Shown in pieces: positions 9,662-17,528 of a stretch of 64,000 bases of DNA. The notes beneath the pieces are model-generated. The model did not search any database, had not been told where the DNA came from, and saw nothing but the letters and a program-made list of their open reading frames with translations. Source of the stretch: Candidatus Nomurabacteria bacterium (GTDB lineage: Bacteria; Patescibacteriota; Patescibacteriia; HK-STAS-PATE-3); the NCBI GenBank assembly GCA_023898465.1, contig CP060223.1, forward strand, positions 960,001-1,024,000, given 5' to 3'. Every line of letters starts with the position of its first letter. Position 1 is the first letter of the stretch. A program made the translations under genes and the position numbers.

Positions 9662-12202
9662 TTAACTGCTGCTCAAACTACTTAGTTGTTCCTTCAGGTT
9701 GCTAATATCCTCCTGCGTGGAAGCGCGTAATTCCTCCGGGATACGTGGATTATTGAGCATCGCCTCTTTTTTGGCAATGAGCTGCGTTAAACGCTCTCCT
9801 TCTTTTTCTAACCATTCGGCAAAGGCGGCGACTCGCGGGCGAGGGAAGCTTAATTCCAAGGCCCCGAGCTGAAGCTTGCTCGCATCCTTAGCTGCCGGGC
9901 CAAATGAAATCTTGGTGAGTTTTTCTAAGAGCTCAGTCGCATATCCCGTCTTACTGAGTAAGTGCGCGTGTTCTTCAGTGCTAATTCCGCTATGGGCCTT
10001 AAATGCGCGCAGTGATTGTACGGTTTGTTGGAAGCGTTGGAATTCTTTTTCTGCCTCCAGGTCAATAAAGGTTTTTTGCGGCTGCGGCCAGGCGCTAACA
10101 ATGAGCATTGAGCCCTTGGGATAGAGTTCGCGCCAAATGCGTTCAGTGAAAAAGGGGAGGTAGGGATGGAGCATCTTCAAGATGTGCTCGAGCACGTGTC
10201 GGATGACCGCCGGGTTATTTTCCGTTTTGGCAACTTCTAAATACCAGTCAGCAAATTCATGCCAGGCGAAAGTATATACTTCCTCAGCAGCCGCGCTAAA
10301 ACGATAAGCGTTGAGATGTTCAGTACTTGTTTTAATGCAAGTCTGAAGTCGGGAGAGAATCCATTGGTCAGCCAGACTATGGGCTGCCAAAGTAGTTTCT
10401 TTTTCTTCCACGCCCTGCAAAAGCGCAAAGCGGCTAATATTCCAGAGCTTGTTTACAAAGTTGCGATACGCAGCAATTTTTTGCTCTGATAAACGAGTGT
10501 CATTTCCCGGCGTTGTCCCAATAATGAGGGAGAGTCGTGTGGCGTCAGCGCCATACTTATCAGCCATCTCAAGCGGGTCAATACCATTACCGAGAGACTT
10601 TGACATTTTTCGTCCATGTTCATCACGCACCAGGCCGTGGAGATAGACTGTTTGAAATGGAACCTCTTGTAGGGCATAGGTAGACATGAGAATCATGCGG
10701 GCTACCCAGAAGAAGAGTATGTCATAACCTGTTTCCATGACGCTGGTTGGATGGAAGCGTTTGAGATCCTCAGTCTGCTTTGGCCAACCCAAAGTAGAGA
10801 AGGTCCATAAGCCAGATGAGAACCAGGTATCAAGCGTATCTGATGATTGTTGCCACTCCTTTCCCTTAGGGGCTTTTTCGCCAACATGGATTTCCTTTTG
10901 CTCAGGATTTTTTTCTGATGGACGTTCCCAAACTGGCAAACGATGACCGTACCAAATTTGTCGCGAGATATTCCAATCATGCAGATTTTCCATCCAGTGC
11001 TGGTAAATCTTTTTAAAGCGAGATGGCACGAAAGCTATTTCATCTTGAGTAGCTACCTCTAAAGCTCGCTGCTTCAGGCTTTTTCCATTCAATTTCTTTG
11101 TTGGGGTATCAACACTAATAAACCATTGTTCAGACGGGAGAGGCTCTAGCGCAGTGCCGCAGCGATAACAGGTTGCCAGGTTGTGGTTGTAGTTTTCGTC
11201 AATGTGATCAACCAGTCCTTTTTCTTGAAGAATCTCTACCACCTTCTTTCTCGCTTCTTGTACATCGATGCCAGCATAGGTGCCAGCAGCTTCGGTGAGC
11301 TTGCCTTGTTCATTGATAATTTTTTCGACCGGCAGTTGATATTTTTTAGCCAACTCAAAATCAAGTAGGCTATGACCCGGTGTGATCGTCATTGCACCAC
11401 TGCCAAGTTTCGGATCAGCTGATTCGTCCGCAATCACTCGAGCAGTGATTGGGCCATTGATCCACTCCAGTGCGAATTCTTTATCGATCATATCTCGGTA
11501 GCGCGTATCATCCGGATGAACAATAATTACCTTATCGCCGAATTTCGTTTCTGGACGGGCGGTACCAATAATCACCGGACCGTATTTGAAATAGTAGAAG
11601 GGTGCTTTTTCTTCCTTATACTCGACCTCGTCATCAGCTAAAGTGGATTGACAGCGAGTGCACCAATTTACTACCCGTTGACCACGGTAAATGAGACCGT
11701 CTTCATACATTTGTATAAACATGGTTTGGACGGCCTTGCTTAGACCCTCATCAAGTGTGAAGCGTTCACGGCTCCAATCACAAGAAGCACCGAGTCGTTT
11801 CATCTGTTCGGTAATTTGACCTTGCGATTCTTTTACAAATTTTTCTACCAGCTTGAGAAATTTTTCTCGACCCAAATCGTCCTTAGTTTTTTTTTCAGCC
11901 TTAAGTTTCTTCTCCACAACATTTTGAGTTGCAATTGCAGCATGATCTGTGCCGGGTAACCAGAGCGTTCGTTCACCCTTCATCCGATGATAGCGTACGA
12001 GGGTGTCTTGAAGAGCAATCATCACAGCGTGACCCATATGAAGATTTGCTGTGGTGTTTGGTGGCGGTAAGGCAATCGAAAAAGTAGGGGCACTCTCTGG
12101 TACTTTTAATTTATCTGGATTAAAGGCGCCGGACTTTTCCCACGCTTCGTAAATACCTTTTTCTTCTTCTTTTGGATTGTAGGTTTTGGAGAGCTCTTTC
12201 AT
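9662..12202 (-). CDS. valS: Valine--tRNA ligase
   Basis: 846 aa. HIGH-type motif NLHMGHA, KMSKS, editing domain, C-terminal coiled coil. Confidence 0.95.
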   Translation of the reverse strand: MKELSKTYNPKEEEKGIYEAWEKSGAFNPDKLKVPESAPTFSIALPPPNTTANLHMGHAVMIALQDTLVRYHRMKGERTLWLPGTDHAAIATQNVVEKKLKAEKKTKDDLGREKFLKLVEKFVKESQGQITEQMKRLGASCDWSRERFTLDEGLSKAVQTMFIQMYEDGLIYRGQRVVNWCTRCQSTLADDEVEYKEEKAPFYYFKYGPVIIGTARPETKFGDKVIIVHPDDTRYRDMIDKEFALEWINGPITARVIADESADPKLGSGAMTITPGHSLLDFELAKKYQLPVEKIINEQGKLTEAAGTYAGIDVQEARKKVVEILQEKGLVDHIDENYNHNLATCYRCGTALEPLPSEQWFISVDTPTKKLNGKSLKQRALEVATQDEIAFVPSRFKKIYQHWMENLHDWNISRQIWYGHRLPVWERPSEKNPEQKEIHVGEKAPKGKEWQQSSDTLDTWFSSGLWTFSTLGWPKQTEDLKRFHPTSVMETGYDILFFWVARMILMSTYALQEVPFQTVYLHGLVRDEHGRKMSKSLGNGIDPLEMADKYGADATRLSLIIGTTPGNDTRLSEQKIAAYRNFVNKLWNISRFALLQGVEEKETTLAAHSLADQWILSRLQTCIKTSTEHLNAYRFSAAAEEVYTFAWHEFADWYLEVAKTENNPAVIRHVLEHILKMLHPYLPFFTERIWRELYPKGSMLIVSAWPQPQKTFIDLEAEKEFQRFQQTVQSLRAFKAHSGISTEEHAHLLSKTGYATELLEKLTKISFGPAAKDASKLQLGALELSFPRPRVAAFAEWLEKEGERLTQLIAKKEAMLNNPRIPEELRASTQEDISNLKEQLSSLSSS

Positions 12203-12217
12203 TGGAGATTTTCTTGG

Positions 12218-12478
12218 ATAAATAAAAACGCCTTACTGTTTGTAAGGGTCCACGATGTTGCATCGGGACGGTACCACCTTACTCGCCCTCCGTAGCCTCG
12301 TGCGAAGGAGGGCTTCCGAAGAACTCTTCATTGACGCATGCTGACGGATGCGATCCGGCCAACTTACCTCAGTACCACCTAGGGTACAGGATTCAGTTAG
12401 CAGCTTCCCCAAGGGACACAATGTCTAATACATAGCCAGACAATCTTGGGTTAAGTGCTTTTCGTGAAATGAGAAATA
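12218..12478 (-). promoter_or_regulatory. T-box riboswitch leader of valS, with intrinsic terminator and sigma70-like promoter
   Basis: The minus-strand leader contains the T-box core AAGGTGGTACCG (forward complement at 12270-12278). It is followed by a terminator hairpin ccttac-aaacag-taagg plus cgtttttattt (12218-12247). Upstream lies TTGACT-17-TACTAT (~12484-12512). Confidence 0.6.
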
Positions 12479-12597
12479 ACTGCTTCGATAGTAGGCTTTT
12501 TTCATAAGTCAGTCAAGAACGCTTGACCAAGTTTTATTATCTACGCTAGGGTCAGAATAGATTTTGCAATGGCTGTTTGACAATGGAGGAAAAAGCG

Positions 12598-12909
12598 ATG
12601 AGCTGCAATCCACGGAATGTGCGGAATCGTCGACGGAATCTGTACGTAGCCCTTGGCCGTTTGGGGTTGCCACCGGATCAGCATCAGGAAGAGAAGCGGA
12701 AGATACGTGATGCCTGTCGTCATGGCAGGGCCTACGTGTTGCCTCCTCGCCGCGGTCGATCCATTTCCAAGCCGGTCTGTCGACCGTGTAATGGGAAGGG
12801 AAAGCGCGACTGTCATCTCTGTAATGGCAGGAGTAGTGGATGCTACTACTGCAATTACACTGGCAAGAAGACTTGCAACGTTTGCATGGGTGAGGGAGTG
12901 ACTACCTAG
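12598..12909 (+). CDS. Small basic protein with a DnaJ-type zinc finger (4x CxxCxGxG)
   Basis: GGAGGA Shine-Dalgarno 8 nt before the ATG at 12598. C-terminus is CRPCNGKG..CHLCNGRS..CYYCNYTG..CNVCMGEG. Lies in GC-rich cassette A. Confidence 0.55.
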   Translation: MSCNPRNVRNRRRNLYVALGRLGLPPDQHQEEKRKIRDACRHGRAYVLPPRRGRSISKPVCRPCNGKGKRDCHLCNGRSSGCYYCNYTGKKTCNVCMGEGVTT

Positions 12910-12924
12910 GAGTAAGGAGCTTCG

Positions 12925-13176
12925 ATGTCACAGAAGCGGCGTGGGCACTTGCTCATGCAAACGAACGTGGTAGGACTTGGACTTATCGCGATTTGGTATA
13001 CACCAGTTGGAAAAAGTCGACACGAGCTTGTTTCCTGGACAGTTACTTTTTCCTGTGGAGAAGTGTGTAGAATCAGAGGCCGCAGCCAGCACGAAATCAT
13101 AGCAACGTCTCGTCGTGAACACGGTGAATGTCGTCTGGGGTCTGCCTGTAGAGTGATTGCCTGCGACGAGCTGTGA
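12925..13176 (+). CDS. Hypothetical Cys-containing small protein
   Basis: AAGGAG Shine-Dalgarno before the ATG; 83 aa; GC-rich cassette A. Confidence 0.45.
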   Translation: MSQKRRGHLLMQTNVVGLGLIAIWYTPVGKSRHELVSWTVTFSCGEVCRIRGRSQHEIIATSRREHGECRLGSACRVIACDEL

Positions 13177-13282
13177 CACTTCCTTGCTCGGTTGTTGTCC
13201 GAGGCTGCTTGTCGTATACTAGATCTAGCGCCTCTCTTGCGAGGCATCAACAGAGCACCTTCACATACAGAAGGAGGATCTC

Positions 13283-13384
13283 ATGAAGATCAGGTCTCCC
13301 GTGAGCGTTGTCGTATCTCCGACTGCCGATGTTGATCGGCTCAACGCCTCCGGGAAGGAGGTGGTCCTAATCGAGAGGTCCTAG
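13283..13384 (+). CDS. 33-aa peptide ORF with a perfect Shine-Dalgarno (MKIRSPVSVVVSPTADVDRLNASGKEVVLIERS)
   Basis: GAAGGAGGA Shine-Dalgarno 5 nt upstream of the ATG. Followed by terminator hairpin gacggcca/tggccgtc (~13402-13436). Confidence 0.3.
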   Translation: MKIRSPVSVVVSPTADVDRLNASGKEVVLIERS

Positions 13385-13457
13385 GAGGCGTTGTGGGTTT
13401 CTGACGGCCATACTGTGTGTGGCCGTCGTTTCTTTGCCGCAGAATCCAGGGAGGGAG

Positions 13458-13635
13458 TATGTCGAAGGAGGAATCGAATTCTGCCCTAGGGGACTTTGTC
13501 TCAACCGTGCTGGGTTTCCTCGGTGCGCTCGCAGTCATGTTTGCTGCGTTGCTCGGCGCCCTGCTTCTCGCCTTCGTGAAAACACCGGATCTCGATCCAT
13601 ATGATGATCGTGGTCCGGTCTCTCGACAGCATTGA
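13458..13635 (+). CDS. Small single-pass membrane protein
   Basis: AGGGAGGGAG Shine-Dalgarno before the ATG at 13458. Hydrophobic core VLGFLGALAVMFAALLGALLLAFV. Confidence 0.45.
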
Positions 13636-13645
13636 CTGACATCCA

Positions 13646-13672
13646 CCTCTCTAGGCAACTAGGGAGGTTTTG
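13646..13672. terminator. Bidirectional rho-independent terminator (cassette A / tsaD)
   Basis: cctctctag-gcaa-ctagggagg stem followed by ttttgctt. Confidence 0.5.
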
Positions 13673-13673
13673 C

Positions 13674-14723
13674 TTAGGTTGTTTTTGATAGACTCCAGTT
13701 TGGGTCAGCCTTGAGTAACTTCCAATCTGTATATTTTTTTTGCTTCGCCTGGAAATACCCCGCTGCGGCAATCATTGCTGCGTTATCAGTGCAGTAAGGG
13801 AGATTAGGTTTCAAAAAAGTGACGGCTGGAAATCGACGCGCGACAGCCGCGCTAAGTTCAGCGCGGAGCCGCCCATTGGCGGCCACGCCGCCGGCCAGCA
13901 GCAAAGTGTTGACCTTATGTTCTTGCAGGGCCCGCAGCGTTTTTCCAATCAACACATCAACTACCGCCTGTTCAAAAGAGGCGGCAATATCAGGCAAGTC
14001 TTTTTTCTTTGGATGATGCTTTTCTAAATGATAGCGCACGGCAGTTTTTAATCCAGCAAAAGAGAATTCAAGGTTAGCGCTTTTCAGCATTGGTCGCGGC
14101 CAGCTGTAGGCTTTTGGATTCCCTGTGCTAGCCAGCGTACTTAAGACTGGTCCACCCGGATAACCTAAACCCATTAACTTGGCCACTTTATCAAAGGCTT
14201 CGCCGGCGGCGTCGTCGCGCGTCTCACCAAGCAGTTGGAATTTCCCATAACCACGCATGAGTACAAGTTCAGTGTGACCTCCTGACACGAGTAGTCCCAA
14301 GGCTGGGAAAGGTGCCTTAAGTATACTTGGCGTATTTCCCTCCGCATCTGGTAACCAATTTGCATAGAGGTGGCCGGCCAGATGGTTCACTCCTACTAAA
14401 GGTTTTTTTAAAGTCCAAGCCAACGTCCGCCCTACTTCAACTCCAACCATTAGGGCTGACATGAGTCCTGGGCCGGCTGTCACTGCAATGACATCAATAT
14501 CTTCAAGTGTTATTTTAGCCTCATGCAGGGCAGCATCAAGGCCGGGAATAATAACTTCAAGGTGCATGCGCGCAGCTACTTCAGGCACTACGCCACCAAA
14601 TTTTGCATGAGTCTTTACCTGTGAGGCAACAAAGTGACTACGGACAAGAAAATGATCAGCCTTTCTCTCGAGAATGGCGATTGAGGTTTCGTCACAAGAT
14701 GATTCAATGCCGAGGATGATCAT
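13674..14723 (-). CDS. tsaD: tRNA N6-adenosine threonylcarbamoyltransferase TsaD (Kae1/Gcp)
   Basis: 349 aa. MIILGIESSCDETS N-terminus and HxxGH metal motif (HLAGHLYA). Confidence 0.9.
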   Translation of the reverse strand: MIILGIESSCDETSIAILERKADHFLVRSHFVASQVKTHAKFGGVVPEVAARMHLEVIIPGLDAALHEAKITLEDIDVIAVTAGPGLMSALMVGVEVGRTLAWTLKKPLVGVNHLAGHLYANWLPDAEGNTPSILKAPFPALGLLVSGGHTELVLMRGYGKFQLLGETRDDAAGEAFDKVAKLMGLGYPGGPVLSTLASTGNPKAYSWPRPMLKSANLEFSFAGLKTAVRYHLEKHHPKKKDLPDIAASFEQAVVDVLIGKTLRALQEHKVNTLLLAGGVAANGRLRAELSAAVARRFPAVTFLKPNLPYCTDNAAMIAAAGYFQAKQKKYTDWKLLKADPNWSLSKTT

Positions 14724-15298
14724 GTGAGTTGTTTCCGTCGAATGAGGAGTAAGACGCTGAGTGAACCATCAAGCAAGACAATTGCAGCCGGGTAGAGCCA
14801 GGTACTTGGTACTATAGTGTCCAGAGCCAGAAGTGCAAAGACGTGGGCAATTGCGGCAAAAGCGTAGGATAGCACCTTTTCCTCATGCGGATAATGGTAA
14901 CCTTTTCGAAAAGTAGGAAGTGAGCCAAAAAAATCAACCAAGACAATAAGTACGATGGATGCTAGAGGCTCTTTTGTGAGTATCCAAAGGAGTAAAGAAA
15001 AAGCTGCGGCACTCAAGGCAATCCAATCAAAGCGTAAGAAGCGGCGATCTCCCCATTTCAGCGCGCCAATAAATATAAGCAGGCAAGATATGGAGTTAAT
15101 CCCAGTGACCCAGGCGCCTGGCCCGGCATCTTTCGCAATCTGAGCAGCAAAGGCGATAATGTTGAGCGTACCCCAGACTAACCAGGAAAAGGCATGTGGT
15201 TTGAGCTCTTTGCGTAGAACGCCGCGGACATATAAAAGGTCTCCAGATATGAGCAGTAGCGAGCCGATAATGCCAAAAAGTGTGGTCATACTTTGCAT
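14720..15298 (-). CDS. Hypothetical polytopic membrane protein, translationally coupled to tsaD
   Basis: 192 aa with about 5 TM segments. Four-nt overlap with the tsaD start. Confidence 0.5.
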   Translation of the reverse strand: MQSMTTLFGIIGSLLLISGDLLYVRGVLRKELKPHAFSWLVWGTLNIIAFAAQIAKDAGPGAWVTGINSISCLLIFIGALKWGDRRFLRFDWIALSAAAFSLLLWILTKEPLASIVLIVLVDFFGSLPTFRKGYHYPHEEKVLSYAFAAIAHVFALLALDTIVPSTWLYPAAIVLLDGSLSVLLLIRRKQLT

Positions 15299-15396
15299 GC
15301 TGATATTGTAGCACGCGCATTGACATTTTCATGTTTTTTGCTACAGTAGCCTGTCGTTCATTACACTTGAATAGTCAGGAAAGGGAGGGCTATCAC

Positions 15397-15726
15397 ATGT
15401 TTTCGGTCTGGAATCTCGTCTGGGTGATACTCCTTGGATGCGTCTTTCTCTACTTCGGTCCTGTGCGGTTGCGGCGGCGTCGCAATAAGGTACGGCGAGA
15501 CGTGCTTGGGATGTTGTCGAAAAGGACCGTGCGAACGACAAGGCCTGAGCTGGTGTCGATGGTACGAGAAAGGCACAAGCATCCAACAGCTTTGATCGAA
15601 GAAGCGATTCGGGATCTCGTTAATCAGGGCAAGATTCTCAAACTCTCCTTCTCTGAGGGTTCGCGCAGCTACACGAACTACGTGATAGCTCAGCGAGACA
15701 GCTCGGAAGAAGGTCGTTCCCCTTAG
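15397..15726 (+). CDS. Hypothetical protein with an N-terminal TM helix (cassette B)
   Basis: AAAGGGAGGG Shine-Dalgarno before the ATG at 15397. TTGACA-17-TACAGT promoter at ~15323-15350. GC-rich. Confidence 0.45.
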   Translation: MFSVWNLVWVILLGCVFLYFGPVRLRRRRNKVRRDVLGMLSKRTVRTTRPELVSMVRERHKHPTALIEEAIRDLVNQGKILKLSFSEGSRSYTNYVIAQRDSSEEGRSP

Positions 15727-15734
15727 GTTTCGAC

Positions 15735-16034
15735 GTGAGAGGAGACGAAGTGCACGAGGCGCATATTCATGTGACTTGCTCCACAGATGAGCATGATCGC
15801 ACGAAGGACTTTTTTGAAGATCACATCGCTGATGTGGTCGATGGCTACCGAGGCGCGGGAGCAGATACCCAGATTGAAGCTGAAGGAATGATTCGGGTGA
15901 GTTTCAACTTTCCTTCAGTGGAGATGCGGGAACGTTTTTGTCGGATGGAACAACGAGCATTGAGCTTGATGCTTCGGCATGCAGGAATCAATGCGAGTTG
16001 CAGATTGTGTGCAGACGAATGCACGCAAGGATAG
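15735..16034 (+). CDS. Hypothetical protein (cassette B)
   Basis: GTG starts at 15735 or 15750, with GAGAGGAG upstream. About 95 aa. Confidence 0.35.
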   Translation: MRGDEVHEAHIHVTCSTDEHDRTKDFFEDHIADVVDGYRGAGADTQIEAEGMIRVSFNFPSVEMRERFCRMEQRALSLMLRHAGINASCRLCADECTQG

Positions 16035-16046
16035 AGAGGGGGCACC

Positions 16047-16673
16047 GTGCGTTTCTGGACTCTGTTTTTGATCCTGTGTTGTCTCTGTGCAAATACCGCC
16101 TTTGCGCGTTCACTGACCTTCACGGCCGGTGAGACTGCGGTGGCCAAGGGTGGCGGCATCGAGTACGCACAGCGTTCTGGTCAGGTTGAGTGGGCAGCCT
16201 TTGCTTATCTCAACGGCAACGTCAACGAGGGCAAAGCGCTCTTGAGCGCTGACCCCACATCGTGGTGTCGGGTTATGGCTGGTCCGATTGTGGGCCTGCA
16301 ATACCAGGACACCCTGGGCGCGCGTCTCTATGGCGGGGCTGAAGCCAAGGTGTTACCGCACTTTGGTAAAGAGCACCTCACCATCAAGGCGGCAACTCGA
16401 CACCGAGGAAGCACACGCTTCCATCATCTGGTGGTAGTGAATTGGATGCATGACTGGTCGCCGAGTATTTCGGCTGGTCCGGTCTACCAACCAATTCTGC
16501 GATCTGATCATTCCCTACCCTGGGATCACCGATTTGGCGTGCAAGTGAACTATAGTCAGAATAGTCACTTCACGTTGATGAGCGAGGTGCGAATGTCGAC
16601 CGGGTCGGCTGACGCGTCCTATGGTGTGTACCATCGGGTGAGTGGCCACATCGAACTGGCCTTCAAGTTCTGA
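16047..16673 (+). CDS. Secreted beta-barrel-like protein with an outer-membrane-protein-type C-terminus (cassette B)
   Basis: Signal peptide MRFWTLFLILCCLCANTAFA|RS. Alternating amphipathic strands and a terminal ...IELAFKF (C-terminal Phe beta-signal). GC-rich. Confidence 0.5.
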   Translation: MRFWTLFLILCCLCANTAFARSLTFTAGETAVAKGGGIEYAQRSGQVEWAAFAYLNGNVNEGKALLSADPTSWCRVMAGPIVGLQYQDTLGARLYGGAEAKVLPHFGKEHLTIKAATRHRGSTRFHHLVVVNWMHDWSPSISAGPVYQPILRSDHSLPWDHRFGVQVNYSQNSHFTLMSEVRMSTGSADASYGVYHRVSGHIELAFKF

Positions 16674-16679
16674 CTCCGA

Positions 16680-16737
16680 CCCCGTCTCTCGTAATCCGAT
16701 ACTGTCGGAGAAACGAGAGGCGGGGTTTTCTTTTATC
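16680..16737 (+). terminator. Rho-independent terminator after the beta-barrel gene
   Basis: 13-bp GC stem ccccgtctctcgt/acgagaggcgggg followed by ttttctttt. Confidence 0.7.
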
Positions 16738-16778
16738 AAAAGGAAAAAGCGCTGATGCAATGCACCAGCGCTTTGTAG

Positions 16779-17336
16779 CTAGCTAAATCGTCGAACCAAG
16801 AAGGCCGACCAACCAAGCAGATCCCACACTAGGAAGGAAAGGAAATGCCGGAAGCGTTTCTGGCAGTTACCTCCATAAGACGAGCGGGCCTTTATGACTA
16901 TGATCTCGATGCCGGAGCCATGCCACACATAGCGGAAAATCGCTCGAGCTCGCCGGGCGTGCCAAGGGTGAGTGACTAGCGCCACGCTACGCCATTCGGG
17001 GTGCTGACGCGTGATGCGCAGGACCTCGATCGCGTTATTGATAGTGCCGATTGAGCCGTTCTCCAGTATCATGTATACATTGCGTGCTCGCGCCTCGATC
17101 AAACGCTTCATCGCGATGGCTTCAGTCATGTGACCATCGTTGCCGTTGCCACCGCTCAGGACAATGCACCGAGCTAGTTCAGCTTGGTAGAGATTGAGAC
17201 CCTTGCGAGCGATTGATGCACTTTGGCGACTGGCTTGCGTGCCATCTGGCGAGAGGCCACAGCCGAGACAGATCACTGCATCGACGGGTTGTTCCGGGTT
17301 GATTCGTTCGTCTGGTATTTCCAGTCGGTGAACCAT
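16779..17336 (-). CDS. DUF218 (YdcF/SanA/ElyC-like) domain protein
   Basis: 185 aa with VICLGCG...LSGGNG..HMTEAIAMKR pattern. GC-rich, same cassette B. Confidence 0.55.
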   Translation of the reverse strand: MVHRLEIPDERINPEQPVDAVICLGCGLSPDGTQASRQSASIARKGLNLYQAELARCIVLSGGNGNDGHMTEAIAMKRLIEARARNVYMILENGSIGTINNAIEVLRITRQHPEWRSVALVTHPWHARRARAIFRYVWHGSGIEIIVIKARSSYGGNCQKRFRHFLSFLVWDLLGWSAFLVRRFS

Positions 17337-17528
17337 CCGCCGGATCCGTTTTTTAAGCCTGTTCGTATATCACCCCCATGGTTGCGATCTGTGAAAGAAC
17401 GTCCTGTTTGGTCGATAAAGTAGCACAGCGCCAGCTAGAGTCAAGTTGTCCTTCACTTGACGGAGAAAGACGTTTTTAGATATAGTGCACGTAGACAGAT
17501 TTTGGTGGCTCTCAAACGGGAGTCACCT

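Noticed and set aside
10237-11368. Several 60-90-aa ORFs on both strands inside valS (10237-10428, 10259-10489, 10449-10677, 10702-10980, 11183-11368)
   Set aside because: Fully embedded in the long, well-supported valS reading frame. No Shine-Dalgarno sites, and low-complexity translations. Treated as frame noise.
12233-12421. 62-aa ORF on the minus strand upstream of valS
   Set aside because: Coincides with the T-box leader RNA (conserved GGTGGTACC core and terminator). An RNA element explains the region better than a protein.
16047-16673. Taking the OMP-like barrel as proof that the organism is diderm
   Set aside because: The gene sits in a compositionally foreign cassette, and no Bam/Lpt/LPS genes are visible here. 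Horizontal acquisition is the more economical reading.
17457-17528. Upstream extension of the LTD-protein ORF (MTEKDVFRYSARRQILVALKRESP)
   Set aside because: The internal ATG at 17529 is preceded by GGAG and begins a signal/TM segment. The extension lacks a Shine-Dalgarno.
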